Of a stretch of DNA of 32,575 bases, positions 25,459-32,575 are shown in pieces (within the stretch, counting starts at the first letter, position 1; each line of letters opens with the position of its first letter). The stretch is from a virus (lineage: Duplodnaviria > Caudoviricetes): IMG/VR virus record IMGVR_UViG_3300026125_000013, positions 1 through 32,575 of that record. One strand, 5' to 3'. Made by a program: the position numbers and the translations under genes. The notes under the pieces were generated by a model. The model was not told where the DNA came from and did not search any database. It saw only the letters and a list, made by a program, of their open reading frames with translations.

Positions 25459-26683
25459 GACGGTCAACCCTGTCTGGCAACAGCAGGATTACGCATTCTA
25501 TAGTGATGGCACCGAGTCAGGTGCAACGATCATTGGCTCTGCCGGTACGCAGCAGAGCATCGATGTTGATGTTGCGTTCCACTGTCGTCTGGCGATCGCT
25601 GAGACAGCAGGTGCGACTACATCACCATCTTTGACCTTATCTTGGCAGTACAATCTCGCTGGTGGTGGCTGGAATACCATCACTGGGACCACTCCGATCC
25701 AATTTATCGATAATGCGAACCTGACCGATGGTGGTGCTACCACTAACCGACAACCGACCGGTACTGGTACGTTTGTTGCCGGTCGCATCTACGAAACAGC
25801 TAACACTGGCGCGACCTGTTACACCTCTAGTGGTAGCGACCATACCGAAGCTCTAGCGCATCTATTCATCGATTCAGCGCAGGTCAGTAATGGCCAGGAG
25901 ATCCTGATTCGATGCGTGGAAGGTGGCGGTACTCTATTCGGTGGTGCGTACACTGACGCTGATATTAACGTGGTGGCACCGATCCCACCCGATGATCTGA
26001 ATGCGACTGACATCAGCAGTGCGAGCAGCACATCAACTGTAGCACTGACGCAGAACCAGGTACTGAATGCGACCGACATCAGCTCGGTATCGAGCGTATC
26101 GAATCCTACCCTGGCTGAAGTATCGGATGATGCGCTGCTGGCTGATGACATCAGCTCGGCATCGAGCACTTCATCGGCAGCACTTACGCAGAACCAGGTG
26201 CTGGATGCCACCGATATATCTAGCGCCAGCTCGACCACTGATGCTGCGCTGACGCAGGGCCATACCCTGGATGCGACTGACATTAGTTCGGCATCGAGCA
26301 CTTCGTCTACAACACTGTCTCAGAACCAGGTGTTGGATGTTACTGACATTAGCTCTGCATCGACAACGAGCAGCGCAACACTGTCTCAGAACCAGGTACT
26401 GAATGCGACTGACATTAGCTCTGTATCGAGCGTATCGAATCCTACGCTGGTCGATGTTGAACCTGGTACTGATGCGCTGCTGGCCGATAGTATCGTCAGT
26501 GCGACTGCTGTTAGCGCACCTGCGCTGGGTGTTCCTAGTGCTGGTCCTACGTTCAGAGACACAGCCGGTCGAATACCGGTCTACACCCCCAGGGATCGAA
26601 TACGCGAGCAGATCGAGCGTGAAGACGAAGAAATGCTGGCAATTATCATGGCCTTTATGCCTTTCATTTGCAAAAGTCAATAG
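25451..26683 (+). CDS. Ser/Thr-rich repeat protein (fibre/appendage-like)
   Basis: N-terminal beta domain, eight ~22-aa repeats, C-terminal EREDEEMLAIIMAF helix. Confidence 0.7.
   Translation: MGKTVNPVWQQQDYAFYSDGTESGATIIGSAGTQQSIDVDVAFHCRLAIAETAGATTSPSLTLSWQYNLAGGGWNTITGTTPIQFIDNANLTDGGATTNRQPTGTGTFVAGRIYETANTGATCYTSSGSDHTEALAHLFIDSAQVSNGQEILIRCVEGGGTLFGGAYTDADINVVAPIPPDDLNATDISSASSTSTVALTQNQVLNATDISSVSSVSNPTLAEVSDDALLADDISSASSTSSAALTQNQVLDATDISSASSTTDAALTQGHTLDATDISSASSTSSTTLSQNQVLDVTDISSASTTSSATLSQNQVLNATDISSVSSVSNPTLVDVEPGTDALLADSIVSATAVSAPALGVPSAGPTFRDTAGRIPVYTPRDRIREQIEREDEEMLAIIMAFMPFICKSQ
25997..26527 (+). repeat. Eight degenerate ~66-bp coding tandem repeats
   Basis: Consensus L(N/D)ATDISSASSTSxxxL(T/S)QNQV; units 2 and 7 are longer variants (LNATDISSVSSVSNPTL...). 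Confidence 0.92.
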
Positions 26684-26696
26684 CCAGTTATATTAT
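26668..26696 (+). promoter_or_regulatory. sigma70-type promoter for scaffold-coat transcript
   Basis: TTGCAA (26668-26673), 17 bp, TATTAT (26691-26696). Confidence 0.65.
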
Positions 26697-26750
26697 TACA
26701 TGAACGGTTTCCACCCTCCGTTTCAAGGGTGAGTTTAGTGCGAGGTCGAT

Positions 26751-27650
26751 ATGACAGAACAGGCAGTAATGATTGAAGACGAAGACTTAATCGATGAACC
26801 TGAGCTGGACCTGGACGAAATCGAAGAACCCGAAGTCGATGATGAAGAGGCTGACATCGAGCCAGAGGTATCTGAGGAAGAAGACCAGGACGATAGCGAA
26901 GAGGATGATGAGGTCGTCGTACAGATCGGTGAGGAATCGCCCCCTCAAGAGGAAGATGATCGAGAAGCTCCAGAATGGGTGAAAGATCTTCGCAAAGTAC
27001 ATCGTGAGCAGCAGCGTGAAAACCGTCAGCTCAAAAAGCAATTGGCAGAATTGCAGGGTAGCAAACAGGCAGAGGCCCAGACGCAACTCGGTAAGAAACC
27101 AACGCTCGAAGATGCTGATTATGACGCTGAAGTCTATGAGCAGAAGCTCACTGACTGGTATGAGAAGAAACGTCAGTACGAACAGCAGCAAGCGGAGCTG
27201 GAAAGTCAGCAACGTAAGCAGCAAGAGGCATGGCAAGCTACGCTCCAGGGATACGCTGAGAAGCGTCAGACCTTAAAGGTGCGTGACTTCGATGATGCTG
27301 AAAGTGTCGTACAGGATGAGCTATCGAATACCCAGCAAGGGATGATTTTGCAAGGTGCCGAGAACCCTGCACTGGTAGTCTATGCTTTGGGTAAGAACCC
27401 GAAAAAAGCTAAAGAGATCGCTTCTATACAAGACCCCGTGAAGTTTGCCTTTGCGGTAGCTAAATTGGAGACTCAATTGAAAGTTACAAATCGCAAGGCA
27501 GCAACTAAACCCGAAACGACTTTGAAGGGTAAAGCCCCTAAGTCGGGAACGGTTGACTCGAACTTGGAACGGCTGAGAGCTGAAGCGGAACGTACCGGTG
27601 ACTATACAAAGGTCATCGCCTACAAGAACCAGAAGCGAGCAGCCAATTAA
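26751..27650 (+). CDS. Scaffolding protein
   Basis: Very acidic N-terminus, coiled coil, KKPTLED.DYD, basic C-terminal helix; immediately before coat. Confidence 0.85.
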   Translation: MTEQAVMIEDEDLIDEPELDLDEIEEPEVDDEEADIEPEVSEEEDQDDSEEDDEVVVQIGEESPPQEEDDREAPEWVKDLRKVHREQQRENRQLKKQLAELQGSKQAEAQTQLGKKPTLEDADYDAEVYEQKLTDWYEKKRQYEQQQAELESQQRKQQEAWQATLQGYAEKRQTLKVRDFDDAESVVQDELSNTQQGMILQGAENPALVVYALGKNPKKAKEIASIQDPVKFAFAVAKLETQLKVTNRKAATKPETTLKGKAPKSGTVDSNLERLRAEAERTGDYTKVIAYKNQKRAAN

Positions 27651-27682
27651 GTTTTTTATTTACTACTTAAAGGTAACTTAAA

Positions 27683-28948
27683 ATGGCTAACGCATTTAAT
27701 AAAGAAGAACGCGTAGCGTTCGAACAGATCCTGGAAGGTTTCCAGGACGCTCTAGTATTGTCTCGCAACGTCAATGTTTACAACACTGACTCAGCGATGA
27801 TGGAACGCGCTAACGACACCATCTGGCGTCCAATGCCGTACATCTCGACTTCTATCGATGCAGCTTCAGGCACCGATATCAGTGCGAGCTTCAAAGACTT
27901 CACTCAATTGTCAGTACCTTCATCTATCGGCTTCAACAAAGCTGTGCCATTCTCTTTGACTTCAAAAGAATTGCGCGACCAGCTCCAGGAAGGTCGTCTA
28001 GGTGACGCTGCTAAACAGAAGCTGGCTTCTGATATCAACGTAGCTGTTATGAACGTAGCTGCTAACCAGGGTACTATGGTTGTTGCTCGCTCTGCTGCAG
28101 CATCTGGCTTTGACGATGTAGCTGAGTGTGAAGCAGTAATGAACGAAGCTGGTATCTCTGGCGATGCTCGTTACCTGGCGCTCTCAACTCGTGACTACAA
28201 CGGCATGGCAAGCAACCTGGCTGGTCGTCAGAACATCACTGACATGAGCAAGTCTGCTTACCAGAAAGCGTATGTTGGCATGATCGCATCGTTCGACACG
28301 TTCAAAATGGACTACGCGAACCGTATCGGTGCTAACTCTGCGACCGTTACTATGGACACTACTGGTTCACTGATCGATTACGTCCCAGAGGCGACTTCGA
28401 CTTCAGTAGGTGGCCAGGTGAACGTAGACAACCGTTACCAGCAGATCACTGTATCGACTACTACTGGCGTGACTGCAGGCGATGCTTTCACTGTTGCTGG
28501 TATCAACGCAGTACACCACATCACTAAGCAGGACACTGGACAGGCTAAGACCTTCCGCGTGATCTCTGTAGACTCTGGTACTACTATGACCATCTCTCCA
28601 CCAATGATCTCTGCTGGTGGCGCTACTGATGCAGAAGAGCAGTACCAGAACATCACTACTACCAGCACTTCAGCGACTGCCGGTCTGACATTCCTGAACA
28701 CTACTGCTGCTAGTATCAACCCATTCTGGCATCGTGATGCGATCGAGCTTCTGCCTGGTCGTTACTCAGTACCTTCAGATGCTGGCGCTGCTGTACTTCG
28801 CGCTGCAACTGACCAGGGTATCGAGCTTGTGATGACGAAGCAGTTCGACATCAACACGCACAAGACCAAGTACCGCATCGACACTCTGTTCGGTGTGACT
28901 ATGGTCAACCCAGAAATGGCAGGTATCATGCTATTTGGCCAAGTCTAA
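27683..28948 (+). CDS. Major capsid protein (P22 coat family)
   Basis: 421 aa; MERANDTIWRPMP, KQKLASDIN, AGDAFTVAGI (I-domain), NPFWHRDAIEL, RIDTLFGVTMVNPEMAG. Confidence 0.93.
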   Translation: MANAFNKEERVAFEQILEGFQDALVLSRNVNVYNTDSAMMERANDTIWRPMPYISTSIDAASGTDISASFKDFTQLSVPSSIGFNKAVPFSLTSKELRDQLQEGRLGDAAKQKLASDINVAVMNVAANQGTMVVARSAAASGFDDVAECEAVMNEAGISGDARYLALSTRDYNGMASNLAGRQNITDMSKSAYQKAYVGMIASFDTFKMDYANRIGANSATVTMDTTGSLIDYVPEATSTSVGGQVNVDNRYQQITVSTTTGVTAGDAFTVAGINAVHHITKQDTGQAKTFRVISVDSGTTMTISPPMISAGGATDAEEQYQNITTTSTSATAGLTFLNTTAASINPFWHRDAIELLPGRYSVPSDAGAAVLRAATDQGIELVMTKQFDINTHKTKYRIDTLFGVTMVNPEMAGIMLFGQV

Positions 28949-28959
28949 TAGCTTGAAGT

Positions 28960-28982
28960 AAAGGGAGCTTCGGCTCCCTTTT
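28960..28982 (+). terminator. Intrinsic terminator after coat gene
   Basis: AAAGGGAGC-TTCG-GCTCCCTTTT (C-UUCG-G tetraloop). Confidence 0.9.
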
Positions 28983-29019
28983 CACTTTATTGCGCTATTA
29001 TTGATAAGGAGGCTATATC

Positions 29020-29196
29020 ATGGCTACCAAACTATTTCGCCCATTGTCTGACACTACATTCGAGCGCATAATCGTGGAAGATCCAGCACCCTATTTGGCT
29101 GATGGATGGACCCTGACTGCAGAAGCTCCGAAGAAAGTAGAAGAGGAAGCACCGGCAAAACCTAAGCGTACAAGACGCAAGAAAGCAGAGGACTAA
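29020..29196 (+). CDS. Small post-capsid protein with basic tail
   Basis: AAGGAGG RBS; MATKLFRP...YLADGW...PKRTRRKKAED* (58 aa); below ORF-track cutoff. Confidence 0.75.
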   Translation: MATKLFRPLSDTTFERIIVEDPAPYLADGWTLTAEAPKKVEEEAPAKPKRTRRKKAED

Positions 29197-29199
29197 TCG

Positions 29200-29685
29200 A
29201 TGGCCTACACAAAGCGCGAATTCGTTACCGCAGCGTTTGAAGAGATCGGATTAGCGTCATTTGTGTATGATTTGACCACCGATGAATTGACTGCTGCTTG
29301 CAAGCGTTTAGACGCAATGATGGCTGAGTGGAACGCCAAAGGTGTTCGTCTTGGGTACCCTATACCAACATCACCATCTTCGACTAACCTGGATGATGAT
29401 TCAGGTGTCACCGATATGGCTAATGAGGCCATCATCCTTAATTTAGCCATACGCATCGCACCAGGCTACGGTAAGCAGGTTTCCCCTGATACCAAGATGG
29501 CTGCGAAGCAAGCTTATAACACCCTACTCGGTCGTTTGATGGCCGATTCGATGGTTGAGAAACAACTACCAGGTACATTACCGAAAGGCGCGGGTCATCG
29601 AACCTGGTCCGATGGTGATCCATTTATGCCAGAACCTGCTGATCCCTTGTTGGCCGGTCCTGATAGCGAATTAGAATTTATTTGA
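29200..29685 (+). CDS. Head-to-tail adaptor / packaged DNA stabilisation protein (P22 gp4-like)
   Basis: TKREFV.AA..EIG, LDAMMAEW..G..LGY, NLAIRIAP.YG, LPKGAGHR. Confidence 0.88.
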   Translation: MAYTKREFVTAAFEEIGLASFVYDLTTDELTAACKRLDAMMAEWNAKGVRLGYPIPTSPSSTNLDDDSGVTDMANEAIILNLAIRIAPGYGKQVSPDTKMAAKQAYNTLLGRLMADSMVEKQLPGTLPKGAGHRTWSDGDPFMPEPADPLLAGPDSELEFI

Positions 29686-29695
29686 GGTACAAGCG

Positions 29696-32377
29696 ATGAC
29701 CACTATTAACCGTTTATCGAGCGTAGACACTCTTCAGGGTGGCGATCAGCTACCAGTGTATGACGCGAGTAATGGCGATGCTCGGAAAACATCGCTTACC
29801 CTTTTGACTGATTACGTTAAAAGCTCATTAGGCTCGGATCTTAACTATTACAATCAGTTTGCTGCTCCGTCAGCGAATAACTTTAACGTATTGCTAGAGC
29901 AGACCGGCCAGAGTATATGGCTAGTTATTACTCCAGCAGGCGGTCTCGCATCTGGTACTGTAACGCTACCTAATCTCGGTGTTCTAACAGATGACCAAGA
30001 AATAATTATCGTATGTACAAATGAGGTTATAAGCTTCTCGATTGAAGCTAACGGTGCTACTGTCGAAGGCGCTCCAACTTATTTACCAGCTTACTCTGCG
30101 TTTTCATTGCGTTACTCTTTGAGCCGAGGCACTTGGTATACAATGAACAATACCGGCTCAGGCTCAGGCTCAGGCACCGGTTCTGCAGAGACTATTACGC
30201 TTACAGCAGGACAGACTGAGGTAGTATTTACTAATGCACCTTCGCAGGCTTCCTTCTTTATTAACGGTGATGATGCGGATAATGGACGCTTATTAGAAGG
30301 CGATGATTACGCATTATTCTCAGACCTAAATAAGATTATCTTGTCACAGTCCTACCCTGCAGGCACTGATGTAACGATGATCTATTACGATTCATCTACT
30401 ACACCAGTATCCACAACAGCTCGCTTTGTTAGTTATGAGCCTACAGGCAATGTATCGGCTATTAATGTCCAGGACGCTATCACTGAGCTAGATAGCGAGA
30501 AACAGAACATTATCTATACACCTGCAGGCACGGGTGCTGTATCGCGCACTGTTGAGAGCAAACTAGGTGAGTCAGTTAGCGTCAAAGACTTCGGTGCTGT
30601 AGGCGATGGGGTCACAGATGACACTGTAGCTATTCAGGCTGCGGCGGCTGTCACCGGATGTTTAGATATGGGGAGTGGAACTTATTTAATAAACCCTACA
30701 TCCTCTATAACTTTCTTATGTTCTAGTATTCAGGGAGATAACGCCACAATAAAGCTAGGGGGAAATGTTAATGATACTGCTATTGAGTTTTCTAATGCTT
30801 ATAGCATCATGGGTATAGTTTTTGATGGTAACGGGTTTTACTGTACTGATACGGATTACAGAAACTACATCGTTTTTGTTTCTTCTGAAAAAGTTTCAGT
30901 ATCTAACTGTGAGTTTAAAAATGCTGTTGGGCTTGAAAATAGATTCCAATATGGTTTAGGTATTGACTGGAATACTAGATCAGTTGTTGTGAATTGCTTA
31001 TTTGATAATATACATACAGTAACCAATACGGCAAACAACGGAGGTTTCTGTGGCGGTGTTCTTATAACAACCGACTTTGATAACCCCACTACTGTAAGTA
31101 CAACAAACCATACAGTTGAGAATTGTGAATTTAGTAACATCTGGACAACAGCAAACGCACTCGGTGATACATATGCTGATAGTGATGCCATAAGAAGCGT
31201 GGTTCACGATTACACTTCTCTATCTTCTACACTTCAAAATCTAGTCCGTAGCAGTACGATTAGTGTGAAGGGTTGCTCTTTCACTGATGTTCGTAAATCA
31301 GCAACGAAACTTAACCATTGTATAGTTACAGTTGAGCAGTGCAGATTCAGTATACTTGACGCAGGTGTGCAAACCTTAATAGCCGCAGCTTTTAGATATC
31401 AAACAGGGCCATTCTTCTCTGTTAGAGATTGTAGTGTTTCTGGTTTGTTTATAGGGTCTGGCGTGTTGGCTGCGGGTTCTAAGAACGTGATAGACAATCT
31501 GTACTTTACCTCAACCTATGTAGGCGCTCAGGGGGTGTTTATAGGTAACGTGGATAACGTAGAATCTTTGGATATGTCTAGGGTGTATATAGATAGCGGT
31601 AGCAAGTTGGCACGATTAAAACTAGCTACAAATATCACCATGCGTGACTGCGTTATGGCCGTTGATACGGCAGAGTTTATAGATATTGTTGAGAATGTTG
31701 AAACTTGTAATATTATAAACTGCAAGTTAAAGGGTAAGGCAGTTCTTTACGCAGGGGCTAAAACAATAACCAACTTCAATGTGACAAATAGTACGATAGA
31801 TAACAGTTTTACAGGTTCAGTATTTGGTAATATTACAACAACAAACCTTCTATTAGATGGTGTTCAATTTACAAGCACTAATGGCTCTGTGGTTCAAGGG
31901 GGGTTAGTTACTGAAGCTACTATAAAGAATAGCCACTTCACAACATCCGGTACAGTATCAAGCCGAGTGTTCGACTTTACTACTACATCAAAGGTCGTTT
32001 GGGAGAATAGTCATTTAGTGGACACAAGTAACAAGGATGCTGGAATATTTGTCCCAACTGCTGAACTCCGAATAAACGGGGGGACTTTTAACGTGGTCTG
32101 TACTAATGCACAGATTCTAGTGACTACCGGAGCAAACCCTGCAACGGTTAAAAACTTAGACTTCATTGGTGGATACACTTGCTTTATTGAGATGCAAAAG
32201 CGTGACAAAGTGTCAGTACATAATATCCACTCTGAAGTGTCTAATGGTGTGCTTGAGTTTTGGTCTAATATAGCTGGATACACAGCCGCAGTTGTAGGAT
32301 TCACAGGTCAGTTAGCTGCAACGCCTGTTATTACGACCAACTACACAGTAACGCAGACAGGTACATCACCTTTATAA
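29696..32377 (+). CDS. Tailspike / depolymerase with beta-helix (pectate-lyase-like) receptor-binding domain
   Basis: N-terminal anchor domain, GSGSGSG linker, YTPAGTGAVSRTVESKLGESVSVKDFGAVGDGVTDDT motif, then repeated V.NC.F.N beta-helix rungs. Confidence 0.88.
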   Translation: MTTINRLSSVDTLQGGDQLPVYDASNGDARKTSLTLLTDYVKSSLGSDLNYYNQFAAPSANNFNVLLEQTGQSIWLVITPAGGLASGTVTLPNLGVLTDDQEIIIVCTNEVISFSIEANGATVEGAPTYLPAYSAFSLRYSLSRGTWYTMNNTGSGSGSGTGSAETITLTAGQTEVVFTNAPSQASFFINGDDADNGRLLEGDDYALFSDLNKIILSQSYPAGTDVTMIYYDSSTTPVSTTARFVSYEPTGNVSAINVQDAITELDSEKQNIIYTPAGTGAVSRTVESKLGESVSVKDFGAVGDGVTDDTVAIQAAAAVTGCLDMGSGTYLINPTSSITFLCSSIQGDNATIKLGGNVNDTAIEFSNAYSIMGIVFDGNGFYCTDTDYRNYIVFVSSEKVSVSNCEFKNAVGLENRFQYGLGIDWNTRSVVVNCLFDNIHTVTNTANNGGFCGGVLITTDFDNPTTVSTTNHTVENCEFSNIWTTANALGDTYADSDAIRSVVHDYTSLSSTLQNLVRSSTISVKGCSFTDVRKSATKLNHCIVTVEQCRFSILDAGVQTLIAAAFRYQTGPFFSVRDCSVSGLFIGSGVLAAGSKNVIDNLYFTSTYVGAQGVFIGNVDNVESLDMSRVYIDSGSKLARLKLATNITMRDCVMAVDTAEFIDIVENVETCNIINCKLKGKAVLYAGAKTITNFNVTNSTIDNSFTGSVFGNITTTNLLLDGVQFTSTNGSVVQGGLVTEATIKNSHFTTSGTVSSRVFDFTTTSKVVWENSHLVDTSNKDAGIFVPTAELRINGGTFNVVCTNAQILVTTGANPATVKNLDFIGGYTCFIEMQKRDKVSVHNIHSEVSNGVLEFWSNIAGYTAAVVGFTGQLAATPVITTNYTVTQTGTSPL

Positions 32378-32414
32378 CCCTTAGTGTCCTCTCAGTCGGA
32401 CAAAGGAGAACAAC

Positions 32415-32575
32415 ATGGCAAAGATATTCAACACGAAAGCAGACCTAGTAGCAGCCTCTCTAACAGCAGGGCAGCTAACTAGCACAAAGGGCTACACAAC
32501 AGCAGGCGATGGTGGCGGTGCTACCTACCTCATTAAGACAGCAGTGGACTATGCGGGTACGCCTGATGAGTATGG
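32415..32575 (+). CDS. Second tailspike-like protein (3' truncated)
   Basis: AAGGAG RBS; MAKIFNTKADLVAASLTAGQLTSTKGYTTAGDGGGATY..., with the GYxxxGDGGGA tailspike N-terminal motif. Confidence 0.75.
   Translation, partial: MAKIFNTKADLVAASLTAGQLTSTKGYTTAGDGGGATYLIKTAVDYAGTPDEY

Larger units (their letters stand above)
1..32575. mobile_element. Bacteriophage genome segment (P22-like podovirus morphogenesis genes; autonomous replication module)
   Basis: Terminase, portal, scaffold, coat, gp4-like adaptor, tailspikes, ejection proteins, lysozyme, DNA polymerase and primase-helicase all present; dense overlapping gene packing; no host housekeeping genes. Confidence 0.97.

Noticed and set aside
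3319-25599. GCGATCGC (HIP1-like) copies at 3319, 15688, 16496, 23585 and 25592, and frequent CGATCG/ATCGAT
   Set aside because: Plausibly explained by preferred codons (GCG ATC GAx, GGC GAT CGC); needs a codon-shuffled null test before any claim
25997-26527. Repeats as a diversity-generating retroelement TR/VR pair
   Set aside because: No reverse transcriptase in the window and differences are not adenine-specific
17760-26686. CAATAGCCA shared by the portal and scaffold upstream regions
   Set aside because: Only two copies, at different offsets from the -10 elements; insufficient for a late-promoter motif
640-32304. Many antisense and alternate-frame ORFs in the track (e.g. 887-1312, 6863-7444, 19137-19718, 25819-26301)
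   Set aside because: They lie within well-supported genes, lack RBSs or motifs and look like codon-bias shadows
1-32575. Genome-wide stop-codon reassignment suggested by the amber at 7208-7210
   Set aside because: Long genes are intact in the standard code, and TAG, TGA and TAA all end genes at sensible boundaries

Overview
The whole window is a contiguous ~32.6 kb piece of a tailed dsDNA phage genome with P22-type (podovirus) virion genes, cut inside the tail/ejection region at both ends. No host genes, integrase, tRNA or CRISPR array were seen. The order is: ejection proteins and lysis cassette (+, 1-5389); a converging minus-strand block of small early genes plus SNF2 helicase, family-B DNA polymerase, SSB and Cas4-like exonuclease (5540-12829); then a divergent plus-strand block with Cro-like regulator, primase-polymerase/helicase, a candidate origin rich in inverted repeats, VRR-NUC, terminase, portal, scaffold, coat, head-tail adaptor and two tailspike genes. 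The most striking feature is a ~6.7 kb, six-gene insertion between portal and scaffold. It encodes a 1180-aa polyvalent protein (two ADP-ribosyltransferase-like domains flanking an LPD23 plus HExxH zincin peptidase) and a five-gene, apparently structural cassette ending in a protein with 22-aa repeats. All family assignments come from motifs recognised by eye, not from database searches.
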